This document shows, piece after piece, positions 36,225-48,655 of a DNA stretch of 64,000 bases (its first letter is position 1; each line of letters starts with the position of its first letter). The position numbers and the translations under genes were made by a program. This DNA is from Felis catus. Its lineage: Eukaryota. Under the pieces are notes generated by a model, which saw only the letters and a list, made by a program, of their open reading frames with translations, was not told the DNA's origin and did no database searches. Where the stretch lies: NCBI RefSeq assembly GCF_018350175.1, contig NC_058383.1, positions 12,092,001 through 12,156,000 on the forward strand. Reading direction: 5' to 3'.

Positions 36225-36540
36225 TCCCTCAACCACTGAGACTGGCATAATTTAAGATGGCGGCCGCTCCGTCCGCCTGCGCCCCCAGGTGACTACAATG
36301 AGCAGAACCCCATGCCACCCCTGGTAGACGTGTAGCCTGAATGAGAAATGAACGTTTGTGGTTTTATTTTTTTTTAATTTTAATTCCAGTATAGTTAACA
36401 TACGGCGTTATATTCGCTTCGGGTGTACAATAGAGTGATTCAACACTTGCATACATCACTCATCAGAAGTTTGTGGTTTTAAGTCACTGAGCATTGACTT
36501 AATTACGCAGTGTCCTCTGGGCTGCATCGTCTGACTGATC
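36225..36540 (+). mobile_element. MaLR LTR (MLT1J/K-like) 3' part with L1 insertion
   Basis: AGATGGCGGCCGCTCC...ATGAGCAGAACCCC...ATGAGAAATGAAC...TTTTAAGTCACTGAG...CTGACTGAT. Confidence 0.65.
36367..36468 (-). mobile_element. Short carnivore L1 3' end insertion
   Basis: TTTAATTCCAGTATAGTTAACATAC...GGTGTACAATAGAGTGATTCAACA; TSD GTTTGTGGTTTTA at 36354-36366 and 36469-36481. Confidence 0.85.
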
Positions 36541-37661
36541 ATCTCGTCTCTGATCCTCGGGTCCTTGACTGTAAAACGGGGTCATCACTACCACCTAGAG
36601 GGACGACTGGAGTGACTGAAAATAGCCTAGGGGTGTAAACTGTCCGGCTCAGTGTTTAACCTAAAGTAGGGCATGATGTTGGATACGATCATGATCACAG
36701 ACAAGGCGGATGCCCAGCCCTGAGTGAAGTGAAGACGAGGTTAGGTCAGCCCTGCTCACGTGGACCACCCAAAGGCCCATCGCATCGGGTTCAATGGCTT
36801 CAATGGCTATGAGCATCCGTCTGGCACCTGCAAGATGTCAGCAGGGCGGCCCCTCGTTCTCGAGACGTCAAAGAAGAGAGAAGCAAAGGATGGGGCGAAG
36901 CAGAGTCGTTATGGCTGGGTGTGAATGCAATGGTTGCTGGGATCCGAAACGAATAACGGGTAAGACTTAACCCAGTGCTTAAAATACAGAGGGTAGAGCC
37001 AACCACTTCTCTATTCTACCCCTAGTTTTGGTCACAAGCGTCACGTTGCGGAACGGAGGTTCCCCAATTAGATTTCTTTCATAACCAAATAACAACCAGG
37101 TAGGAGAATCAGGTTTTAAATGCTGAGCTTCATTTCCCCCTAGATGAGGAGTTTTGAACACTTTCCCTACTGGGAACCGAGGAAGTGCATCTCATTCAAA
37201 TGGATGCCAGTCTATGATTGTCCAATTATTCACTGCATTCTGTCTTTGATGGCCCAGATGTTCTCAATTTCTTGTAATAAATTCTTTCATCTGAAAAGTC
37301 GCTCTACTCAGAAATGCAAAATCCTCTCCAGTCCGCCTGCCTTTTTTGATGAGCTGGTATAATTGGCCTTCAATTTGCTTATTGTTTTGCAATAGAAAGC
37401 CCAAGTTTAATTTCATTTCCGTAAACCTGTAGGCAAGAGCCGACCATTCCACTATTTAAGTCATTCTGCTCATTACAATCTGCTTTGGCTGTGCCCACCC
37501 CCCATCTCCGTCGTCAGGATGAAATTGAGCAAAAACTTTTCCTTTTCCTCTTTATTTTTCTGCTGAAAAAAAAAAAGGGAGAATTTTTCCCACTGCAAAA
37601 TATTTAAATTGGATTCAATCACAGTATTTATTGAACAACTTTTCTATACTCTCCTCTTCTT

Positions 37662-37881
37662 TAAATTTTTTTTTTCAACGCTTTTTATTTATTTTGGGGA
37701 CAGAGAGAGACAGAGCATGAACGGGGGAGGGGCAGAGAGAGAGGGAGACACAGAATCGGAAACAGGCTCCGGGCTCCGAGCCATCAGCCCAGATCCTGAC
37801 GCGGGGCTCGAACTCACGGACCGCGAGATCGTGACCTGGCTGAAGTCGGACGCTTAACCGACTGCGCCACCCAGGCGCCCC
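37662..37881 (-). mobile_element. Young feline CAN-SINE
   Basis: Perfect TSD TATACTCTCCTCTTCTT at 37645-37661 and 37882-37898. Confidence 0.97.
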
Positions 37882-37911
37882 TATACTCTCCTCTTCTTGA
37901 AAAGCGATGTG

Positions 37912-38479
37912 CAGTTGACCCTCGAACAGCACAGACTTGAACCGTGTGGGTCCGCTTATGCACGGATTTTTTCAATAAATACAGTATCGTACTGTAAATG
38001 TATTTTCCTTATGGTTTTCTTTTTCTTTAATGTTTATTTATTTGTTTTTGAGAGGGAGAGCTGGAGGAGGGGCAGAGAGAGCGAGAGAGAGAGGGAGAGA
38101 GGAGGGAGAGAATCTCCAGCAGGTTCTATGCCATCAGCACAGAGCCAAACGCGGGGCTCAAACCTGCAAACAGTGAGATCATGACCTGAGCCAAAATCAA
38201 GAGTCGGATGATTAATCAGCTGAGCTACCCAGGCACCCCTTCCTTGTGATTTTCTTAAAAACACTCTTTTCTCTAGCTTACTGTATTGTGAGAATACAGT
38301 ATATAATGCATGTAATATAAAAAATATGTGTTAATCGAGTATCTGTGTTATTGGTAAGGCTTCTGGTCAACACTGGGCTATTGGTAGTTAAGGGTGAGGG
38401 GAGTCCAAAGTTATACATGGCGTTTTAACTCCACAGGGTGTCAGCGTCCCTAACGCCCACATTGTTCAAGGGTCAACTG
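37912..38479 (+). mobile_element. Tigger2a-type (TcMar) non-autonomous DNA transposon with both TIRs
   Basis: TIRs CAGTTGACCCTCGAACA and TGTTCAAGGGTCAACTG; TA on the right flank (left flank reads TG); contains a SINE. Confidence 0.9.
38020..38239 (-). mobile_element. CAN-SINE nested in Tigger2a
   Basis: Body ending CTGAGCTACCCAGGCACCCC; diverged TSD TTCCTTATGGTTTTCTT/TTCCTTGTGATTTTCTT. Confidence 0.92.
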
Positions 38480-38670
38480 TATATGTACATGTGTATATGT
38501 ATATGCACATATATATGTACAACTATATATCTACATATACTTATCAGCATATGTAATGATTAATTCATGTAATTAATGGATATTAATTATTCATTGTGAA
38601 TATAATTATATATAATTATACTTATTCATAATTAATTATTATTAATATTAATAAAGATATTAATTATATC
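38480..38670. repeat. AT-rich low-complexity tract
   Basis: (TA/TG/CA)n grading into ATTAATT-type repeats. Confidence 0.85.
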
Positions 38671-39139
38671 TTTAGTTACCAATCAAACCATATCAACTAA
38701 TACTTATCAGGCTCCTCCCGTGATCCCACAAGCCACGTAAGACCTCGTGGTAAATAGAGACATGTACAAGATACGTTTCTGGCCCATGGGTCCATTATCA
38801 TCCTTTTGTGGAAGCTGGACATGTTCACGATAAACTTCAGCAAATGACCAATAATTAAATCCACTCACTCAAAAACTATTGATTACTTCAACCGACATTG
38901 ATTAAACACTTCACCATGGTTAAAAACAGATTAATTTTTCCCTGTGTTTACATTTCACGTTTTTGTGGCATTAATAAAACCCCCTTTATTTTTGCTAGAT
39001 GCTTTTTTTATCCAATTCCATGCCCTGCATTCAAGGAGACTTCCCTTTACAAGGTTAAGGTGACAGGACCATGTGATGTACCTCTGACATGCGTCCTAGA
39101 CCACGGCATAGAGACACAATGTCCCATAGCGGTTACAGA

Positions 39140-39780
39140 CCTGGTCCTCCAGCCAAAAGTCTTGGTTCTGTGCTTGCTGTGTGACCTTAGTCAAGTTACT
39201 TATCTCCCTGTGCCTCAGTTTCCCTATCTGCAGTGGTCAATTTTATGTGTCAGTGTGGCTGGGCCACAGAGTGCCAGAGATTACATTATTCTGGGTGTAT
39301 CAATCAGGATGTTTCTGGATAAAACTAACGTTTGAATTGGTAGACTGAGTAAAGCACCTGGTCCTTCCCCATCTGGGTGGGCCTCATCCAATCAGTTGAA
39401 GGCTTTCCTGCATAGAAAAAAAAGGCTGAGGAAGGGAGAATTCACCCCTCTTCCGTCTGACTGTCTTCAAGCTGAGACATCAGTCTTCTGCCTTCGGACT
39501 CAGACTGGACACAGACAATCAGCTCTCCTGAGTCTCCGCCTTGCCGACTGTAGATCTTGGGATTTTTTTTTTATGTTCCTTATAATGTGTAAGGTTTTGT
39601 TTCCCTGGAGAGTGCTAACTATGAGTTTCATTTCTCTGAAGAAGCCCAGCTAGTTCACTTTCTAGAACTTTGGGATAATAGGACCTAAATCGTTAAACGT
39701 ACAATATAGAAAGAGTGCTTAGGACAGTGTCTGACACAAGTTAATGCCTCTGTGAATATTCAACACTTGCTATTAGTCTC
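39140..39780 (+). mobile_element. MIR split by an MLT2 LTR
   Basis: GCTGTGTGACCTTAGTCAAGTTACTTATCTCCCTGTGCCTCAGTTTCC core, resuming TGGGATAATA...GTGCTTAGGACAGTGTCTGACACA. Confidence 0.75.
39229..39621 (+). mobile_element. MLT2 (C/D-like) ERVL LTR
   Basis: TGCAGTGGTCAATTTTATGTGTCA...TGAATTGGTAGACTGAGTAAAGCA...GGGTGGGCCTCATCCAATCAGTTGAAGGC. Confidence 0.85.
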
Positions 39781-42700
39781 CAAGCTCTGACGGATAAAGT
39801 TTTCTGGCCATTTATATCTCCAGATGGCTCCAGCGCGGACAGCGCTCTCCTCTTGGGCTGCATTCCCCAAAGCCGAGAACTGGTCCTTCCTTGCAGTACT
39901 TAGCTGATGTGTTCATTTTCCCCTTTGGTTCTCTCATTTGAAATCACATCATATCCACTCCGTGGAAAATGGGTCTGTTGGATCACACCCAGTTTCAAAC
40001 AGAGAAACTAGAAATCATCGGGAATCACTTATCCTCGTGAGACGGCAGGTAGGTCTGCGTGGACCATTCTTCCAAGAACATTTTCGGTAATTCTGTAGAT
40101 AAAAGAGGGTGGTGAAGGTTTTGTGAGCCTCTCTGTTTTTCTTCTCCTTCTTCTCCCAGATGAGAAGAGCCCTCAGCAGACCTTTGTCGAAGAAGAAATT
40201 TCCAAGGCTACCAATTTGGATCTCAAAAGCCCAGATTCAAAGGACCCTCAGTTCATGACAGGCACTGCTATCTGAAATAAATGTCTGAATAGCTATCAGT
40301 TAAGGTTGCACACAGAGCAGATGAAAATAGAGAGCTACATTAGAGATTGCTGTGTGAATTCGAGAGGCCTTTGTCTGAGGACAATAGTTATAGGAGAAAA
40401 TACTCGGGTTTTCAGTTATGGGCCAGCCAGAGGATCAAACAAGAAACCAAATTAAATCTAATCGACTCAGCAATGCCAGCCCCATTAGTACAGAAAGTTT
40501 ACACCCCCAGACATCCTTCCCCAGGTCTCCTGGCTCAACTCCTGAAAATGAGACTGGATTACACCCAACCTTACACGTCCGGGTAACTTCCCGGTCAAGT
40601 ACAACGAAGTTTTATTATTTCTAATTAAATAGCATCGATTCACAACCAGAAAGATATTCCCGTGCCTCTCACCAAACGAGAAAGCCTCTTAAAACTCTAG
40701 ACGTGTTATCGACAGGAAATGTAGTCAGTTATTTGAATGTTACTAAATTTAAGCTCTATCATTAGCAACATGACGAAGAAAATAATCATGTCTCGTCCTT
40801 TTCTGCGCTGTTAATCAACTTTAACAGTTTAACAGTAAGGTTTGCCTTCACCCACGACCGATGTTGGCTGCATTTTACTCAATGGGAAGGAAGATCTATC
40901 GGTATCCATGGATCTTTCTAGTCAGGCCTGCTCTGTTCTCGTATGTCCTTTCTCCACAGAAGGCACCAACATTCATGTAATCCATCATCTGGGACACCTC
41001 CCCCTCACATCCCCGTCCAGTCAGTCACGACTCCTGATAATTCCGTCACCCACATGGCTTCCATACCCACCCCTGCCTCTCCTTCACCCTGCATTTATTT
41101 CTTCTACGCCAGGAAGAACCATCACGGTGGGTAGCCCCAGCAGGAAGGTGTTCTGGGAGTTCCCAGTGGAGAGCTAAGAACAAGTTGAGGGCAACGGGGT
41201 GGTAGCTTTGGGGACACCGGTGTAGGTGGAACTTTCCAGAGGTATCGGATACTAGCTTGTTTAAGTCACTAAATGTCACACATGAAAGATAAATGAATCC
41301 AAACCGAATGGCCTGATTCAAGGGGGACTGGGCCAAAACAAACAAACAAAAAAAAGAAGGCATGATCCTGGATAGCAGTCGTATAAAACATTAAGTAGAA
41401 GCCAACCCTGTGGCTTCAGAAGTCCTCAGTTGGGTTCAAATAAGATTGAATATCAAGGCAGGACCAGGCACTTTTAACATCAAAGAAATAAGAGAGCCAG
41501 AGGCCAGACCCAGATCAAACAGCCTCTTCCCCAAACATACACCATTTAAAATATTTTATATATGTATAAGCCCCTGGTGAAGATCTCACTGGCCACTGTT
41601 CCCCAGGAGAGATATAATCAACAGCTGTCGGAATGATCTTTCTCCTTTCATTTCTGAATTTATTCAAGCAAGGCCTTGGTCTGGACGATGATCGATTACG
41701 CGTAACTGGAATTGTGTTGCAGTTTCGCACATCACTTTGATTCTCAGAAATGCGGTCTACTAACACTCTCAGGTGCTGATAACTACCATCAAGCTGGAGG
41801 CAACAGCAGCTTTGCCAGAAGGATCACGAGACACGCGGACCACACGTCACCGTTCAGAAAATGCATTCCACGATGTGCCTTCCCGTGCGTTATCGGCTAC
41901 GTTAAAAGGCATTTTCCTTCATTAACAGAGATTGATCCCGGGGGTAAAAGGGAGAAACAAAGAAAACAACGGCTTACTAACTAGCTCTTCAGGGTGGAAG
42001 GCCCCTGTCTGGGCCGGGCCCAAACCCCATCAGATTCCGTTACCACGTCCATGCCCACCCGTCAGACCAGAAAGAGCCAGGAACAGCATCGCTGTTGGCT
42101 GGCCGGCCTTGGGCTGCCAGAAACCATTCAGCCTGTGTGTAAGGTGGGATAGAAGGAACTGGGGATTTGTGTCTTTCCAGAATGTTCACATCCCTTAACC
42201 GATGGGAATATAAATACCCCAGCTCCTTCGCTCCTTGGTTCGGATCATTCTGAAGTGTGTGTTTTATAGCATTTCCTGAAGATTCCCTGCAGGCTTCAGC
42301 TTTCGTTGCCCACAGTGAGAGCTGGAGTTTTGGCTGGGCTTCCCCCCTCCCCTTCGGATGACCTCCCCAATACCTTACCATCTCTCTGCAACTCCCAAAT
42401 CAACCAGCATCCCCAACCCTCCTCCCAGAAACTCTTTTTTTTTTTTCGGATGAACCCTACACAGACCTTGTCAAAAGTCCCCATGAATATTCTGAATCCA
42501 TGGACAGCATGTGGTATACAAAAGATGACATCGTGCTAAACCGAACACTTGGAATATCCATCTGGACATTCATTTTATTCTTGTAGAAGTCTCTCACCTG
42601 TCCCTAATAAGGGAATCACTGCTATTATCATTCATTTGTCAGCACGGTGAAAGGCTTGAGCCTCGTGGGGACAACGTGCTGCACACCATAAGGAAAAATG

Positions 42701-43999
42701 AACTCCTTGACCTTGGCCTCCCAGAGTTCACCACGCCGACATTGGAGACAGACCCCAGAACGAAGCATCAGCCCTCAGTGGAACCGTGGCCCTGAGCTGA
42801 GGGAGCGCAGAGGCAAGACTGAAATACTGACCAGTGATCCCCGTAAAATGTATCCGGACTCAGAAACATACAAAGAACAGAGCCAGGGCAGCCGCAAACT
42901 CTGATGGCACCACGACCAAATCAGCGGGTCTGCTGTTTGGCAGTTTCCTTTGCCATCACAGGGAATGGGTGTCGGTAGGACATCATCTCACAATGGAAAG
43001 CGAAAGAACAAAACCAGAAGCACCGATCCTAGTAAATCGACTGAGATCGCGCCATTTGTCACGAACCTCATTTGTTGTATCAGGAAAACCGATGTCTCGC
43101 GACCCTGTTCTTGTGTGACCTGTCTCCGAAGACAGAGTGGAAACAGACAGACCAAGATGCAGGCGTGTTCTTTTGGAAGAAAGCAAAGTTTCCACAACAA
43201 CGCACCCTAGAACAAAGAGCAGGGGGCTTCCCACAATCTCCGTATCTCTGCTTCACCGCGTTCAGTGCCCAGACGTTCACTTGAGTGTAAAATCAGCTAT
43301 CCCCACTCCTTCTTCCCATTTTCGAAAGTGAGCAAGATAATCTTAGGATAAAAAACAAAAATCGAGTTTTTTTTTTTTTATACTGTCGATAATAAACAGA
43401 TGAAACTTGTTTCTCTGAAAAGCTGTCTGGAACAAATACATAAAATAGTTTTCAGAAGGATGATGATACATTGGGTGGTGGAATCAACGCTGATTCCTAA
43501 TGGGCTTGTCCAAGATCCGTCGGCCACAGGGGATCAGGGCAGAAATTTACACAGCAGGCTGCTATTTACTTAGACAGCTATGTGCTTGCTGTCTGAACAA
43601 TCACACTTCTTCAAGCCTCCTTCTGTGTAGTATGATTCCTCCTTCTTCAGAAGGGTTTCTATTCCACATCGATAGCAAGATCCCAGAGCAGGAACAGCTA
43701 CAAGACCTTGGCCCCAGGGGGCCAGGTGTGACCCAGGAAAGCCAGGGAGAGAGAAGCAACCCCCCACCCTGGCCCCCAAGGCTTATGCACACAACCATAC
43801 AGCTCTCTCCCCCAGATTGTCCTCTAACAAGCTGAATACACTCCCTGTCTCCAACTTCCCAGCCCCCCGTTCTTTCTTTCTGTGTACTTCGGTTGAGTGG
43901 TCACCTCTCCTGGTCTGCAGGAACTGCTCCCGTCAGAGTCATTCACAGCCGCCATGTTGCTGAATGCCGTGGTGCATCCTTAGCCCACATCATACGTCA

Positions 44000-44950
44000 C
44001 GAGCCCATAGCACTTACCAATGGTTACTCACTTCCTCTCCATCAGAGGTACTTTCTTCACTTGGCTTCCAAAAACCAAGACTCTCTAGGTTTCCTCATGG
44101 CTTGCCTTTCTGCTTCCTTTGTTGGATTCGCCTTCTTCCCCAAACTCTTATCATTGGAGTGCCCGGGTCTCAGGCCTCGGTCCCTTCGCCTACAGTTCTT
44201 CCAGACCTCAAAGTTTTAACTGCCATCCATACGCTGACTCCAAAGTCCATACCTCTAGACTAAACCTCTCCCCGGCACTCCATACGTGTACACGCCACTG
44301 TTAGTCAACATTTCCACTCGGACGTGTTCACGTGTTCACTCGGGCCTTCCGACTTCTCTGCCTGCAGGTGTTCCCCATATCAGTTGATAGCATTCACATA
44401 CTGGATTTTTCTCCCATCCCATCACCAGTCCATCTGCAGATCCCCCTGGGTCTTCCTCTTCGCTGTGTCTGGAATCTGACCCTTTCTCACCACCTGGTCT
44501 GAGACATCATCGTCTCTGTATTGTAACTGGCCTCCCTGCTTCCAACCTTGCCCCTTCATTTTATGTTCCAAACCGAGCTAGAAGTATCCTTTTCCAAAGT
44601 CTAGCCCACCATGTTCATATTTGGATTCATACTCCCCAGTGGCTCCCATTTCACGAGAAGAAGAGCCAAAGTCCCTCCAGCGTCTGCTTAACAGGCATCA
44701 CCACACCCGTCTGCCCTCTTTCTCCATCGTTCTCCCAGTCCTGACTCCAATCTGCCTCCGTGGGCCTCTGGGCTATACAGTGTAGTTGTTTATCATGGCC
44801 ACTGCTTATTATCTTTCACCCTTGCTAAAATATAAGCCGCACAAGGGAAGGGATGGTATCTTTTTGGGTTGCAGATATATCTAATGCCAACGTCTAGAAC
44901 AGTGGCCAGTATATGCCAGGAAGTCCACAGATATTAGTCGATTTAATTAT
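44000..44950 (+). mobile_element. L2 fragment to its 3' end
   Basis: CTTTCTTCACTTGGCTTCC...TATCATTGGAGTGCCC...GTCTGGAATCTGACCCTTTCTCACCACC...TCTAGAACAGTGGCCAG. Confidence 0.8.
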
Positions 44951-45494
44951 ACGAGCAACCTAATAACTCGTCGGGAAGGAGAGTGGGAAACAAAGAAACA
45001 AGGAAAACGGATGGAAATGAGACAACGTTCCATCCAGAATGACCTTTATTTCTATGCTTCCCTGAATCCACATTATTGCTCCAGCTTTTCCTAGGTCCCT
45101 GCAGGAGGATCCTATACATACACCTCCTATCCCTGTGTTAATTTGCGTGAGCCCCATTTTTCCCACCACCAACACGTCCATAACTAGAACGATCACGTTT
45201 CTCTCCTCCCTAGGAGTCCATGGACTCTGCTTATGATTTATTAGATCAAGTTCAAGGACAGCATCCACACTGAAGGCTCTGTGCCATGTGGGCGAATCTC
45301 CCCGCCATCTAAATCCCGTTCGACTTTCAAGGGCTACCTCTTTTAAGAAAATGTCCTGACATCAAGAAAACACATCTGCTCTACTGGACACTTTGGGATT
45401 TGATTAAGCTTCTCAGATGAGATGTTCGTGTTTTCCCTTGATTGGGAAATTGTGTGTCTGGCTACAATAAATTTGTAAGCCACTTGAGGGGAGA

Positions 45495-45760
45495 CACAAT
45501 AACAGTAGCTGATATTTACTGAGACCTTATTAGGTGTGTGCACTGTTCTAAACTCTTACCCATATTGTGCCATTAATCATGGCAGCAACCTCGTTAGGAG
45601 AGATGTTCTCTTAGCTTCACTTACTGCTGAAGATACTTACTGCTGAAGGCCCAGAGGGTTTTCATAGCTTGCAGGGTATTACAAAGCTAGTTACCAGATG
45701 AGCTAAGATTTGAACTTAGGGCAGTCAAATCCCGTTTCCCACCCTCATAACCACAGAACT
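45495..45760 (-). mobile_element. MIR
   Basis: TAGCTGATATTTACTGAG...CACTGTTCTAAAC...CTGAAGGCCCAGAGGG...GATTTGAACTTAGG; internal duplication ACTTACTGCTGAAG. Confidence 0.75.
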
Positions 45761-45809
45761 TTCTCACTGATGCCCTATAATAATACAGAGGTGGTAGTCA
45801 AAATACATC

Positions 45810-45980
45810 CCTCTTCCTCAGTATGGCCCACAGACAAGCAGTTTCAGTATTCCTAGGAGCTCGTAAAAGTGCCGAATCTGCTCTCCACCTACCTCCATCC
45901 AACCCCCCCCCCCATCAGAATCTACCCTGTAACCAGCTTTCAAGGAATGACAATGCACAGCAAAGCTGAGAGACGCTGCA
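45810..45980. mobile_element. MER5A-type MITE (diverged)
   Basis: CAGTATGGCCCACAGACAAGCAG...ATCAGAATCTAC...AAAGCTGAGAGACGCTG. Confidence 0.55.
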
Positions 45981-47810
45981 GGACTTAACAACTCAAATTG
46001 TATGAGTCATCATCACGCAGAAGGAGGAAGGTGAGGAAAGGTCCCAGGGAGGAGCTGGGGAGTCAGAGTAGGGGTAGAATGCTGGGTGAGCGAAATCATG
46101 GCTTTGGACCATCTCCGATGAAAGTACGTTATTTTTCAACCACAATAGTCATTGTAAGTACTTACCAAGTAAAGATGGGTCTCGCAGTGGACGAAAGTGA
46201 ATGGGTTACAAGTGAGTTATGGCTTGACCCCAGGTTCTCCGCCTCCTTGGCATCCAACTGGAGCTTGGAGACCCAAAGCCCACTCACGGAAGCATAAACA
46301 GCTTCATCTAGGGTTCCTAAGAAGGCGAGCTGAGCATAGGTGGGCCCGACAGTGGACCCTAATATCTCAGCAAGCATGGGGCACGGGAAACAATACCCGT
46401 GACTTGCCACAGTTCTCTAAGGGCTGCTGGGAGTTTCCATATGTCCTGAACCCCAGCTGTGTGGTGCCGCGGTCAACAACAGGCCCACCAACCTGCTAGT
46501 GTAGTTTGTGTTCCAAATACCTAAGCAGTCAGGGGTGCAGGCGAAGGAACAAGTGTTGGAATCGCGGAGGTTGAGTTATCAGCAGGTGTTCCTGGAGACA
46601 AGCTCCGGGGGGCTCTGAACCTCTGCCTTCACACATTTTTGCAGCTAATAGGCCTTTCAGTGGCAACCAGGCTAGCTGCAGGGTGACTGCTCTAACAATG
46701 CATGTGTTTTCCACTAATTAGCGCATCATCCTTATTTTGAGATACTTGATATGAAAACATTCCGTTGGAACTGAAACCCATTCGCCTTATCACAAAAAAA
46801 TTTCTCCTCTAACTACACTTTGAACAACTGCAAATTTTGAAGAGCTGTAAAAGTGATTCTAAATTTTTTACCACCTACCAGGGTGAATAAACGTTCCTGC
46901 CAATGATGAGTCTCAGAAATTTGAGAAGATCGTCTTCCAAAGGTCAGTATCAGGAAGTGACAGTAGACTTGTCAAGCATAAACCTGATGTGAACGATTAT
47001 GTTCATGAAGGGTCATAGCTGAGGAAGAGCCAACCGGGCCAACCCACCTTCAGGTAATAACTATCAACTGTGGTTGTCACACAAAACAAAGGCCCTGGAC
47101 AGGGGACAGAAGCAGGCACGTCCCATTGGAGACTCCCCGCCCCCAGGAGAGTAACACAAAGTCCTTATTTTCACAATTTTTAGCCTGAGGCCAAACACAG
47201 TTGGCGCGAAGCATGGAACCATCTAGGTGTCGCTTTCCGTCCAAGAGACCAATTAAATCTGGGTCAACTGTAGCCGCTGGAGAGAGAGGGGCAAAATACC
47301 AGAGATGCCATCCAGAAATTCTGTCCTTCCGTAACCCTGGCTAACCTCTACACCACGAAGGGCATGGAAACGAAGCACACCGACTCAGTAAAACACCAAG
47401 ATCTGAATTGAAATGGGAGTTACCCACCAAGAAACAGCTATGGAGGTTCACGTCCACGCGGATGGCCCGCCAAACCAAACCAACTAACACTCATCAGAGA
47501 AAGATGTAAAAATCCGCTAGCTCTGCACCTGCATATTCATAATGTTGAAGACATAATAACAAATGCATCTGAAATACAAAGAAACAGGAAGATGGAAGAC
47601 GCTCGCAAGAGAAAGTGGACTGTCGTCAGTTCCAACATAACCCAGATGTTAGGATCAGCAAAACCGGAGTTTACAAGAGCCGTTATAACTACTATGCTCG
47701 GTGAAGTGATCCACGCCAGTCGTGAGCAGCAACAACAAACACAGGAGGTGACAGCACACACACACATAGAAATAATAAAAAGAACACGGAGATGAAAACA
47801 ATGGAAGTCT

Positions 47811-47994
47811 TTATTATTTATTTATTTATTTATTTATTCATTTATTATTTGCTTTGAAGATGAAATTGGTTGTCACATTGGTTTCCACGCAGCACCCGGT
47901 GCTCCTCCCAACAGGTGCCCTCCTCAATGCCCGTCCCCCACCCTCCCCTCCCTCCCACCACCACCCCCATCAACCCTCAGTTTATTCTCTCAAG
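47811..47994 (-). mobile_element. Short feline L1 3' UTR insertion with (TTTA)n tail
   Basis: Same 3' UTR as 6212-6349; TSD ATG(G/A)AAGTCT at 47801-47810 and 47995-48004. Confidence 0.88.
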
Positions 47995-48470
47995 ATGAAA
48001 GTCTGTAGATGAACAAATACAATACCTGAAATTTTCAAACTCTCTGTGGCACTGTTGATGTATTTTTTCATGAAATGGTACAATATTCACCATAAATAAA
48101 TGGCAGAACTTAAGAATTTACATTGCGACCTCTAAATGGACCACTGCAATGTAATGCAAGAAGGAAAGTTAGAAGCCAAAAAAAATATATGGATTTTTAA
48201 AAATAACCAAGTGATACTCCTCCCCCCAAAATCAAAGGAAACAAAAAACTGAAACTAAATTGGGAAACCCATACCCAAGGATATCAATAATTAAGTCAAC
48301 ATTATCAGTTACTTTGACTTTTGACTTTGTTGACTATCAACAGACTTTGATTAACAGGGCACCATACCCAACAACAACAAAGCAGTCTTTCCAAGGCATA
48401 TGGCTCACTTTCCAGACCACACCCTGGGCCACAAGACAAGCCTAAACAACTTTTAAAGTGTTGAAATCTT

Positions 48471-48655
48471 GGGGCACCTCAGGTCATGATCTCACTGTTC
48501 TGAGTTCAAGCCCCACGTAGGGCTCTGTGCTGACAGCTCAGAGCCTGGAGCCTGCTTTGGATTCTGTGTCTCCCTTCCTCTCTGTCCCTCCTCTGCTCAT
48601 GCTCTCTCTCTCTTTGTGTGTCTTTCAAAAATAAACAAACATTAAAAAAATAAAT
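48471..48655 (+). mobile_element. CAN-SINE lacking the A-box segment
   Basis: GGGGCACCT joined directly to CAGGTCATGATCTC; remainder intact. Confidence 0.92.

Noticed and set aside
41758..41772. TACTAAC branch point followed by CTCAG
   Set aside because: Branch-to-AG distance is under 10 nt with no pyrimidine tract; the downstream frame is unrecognisable.
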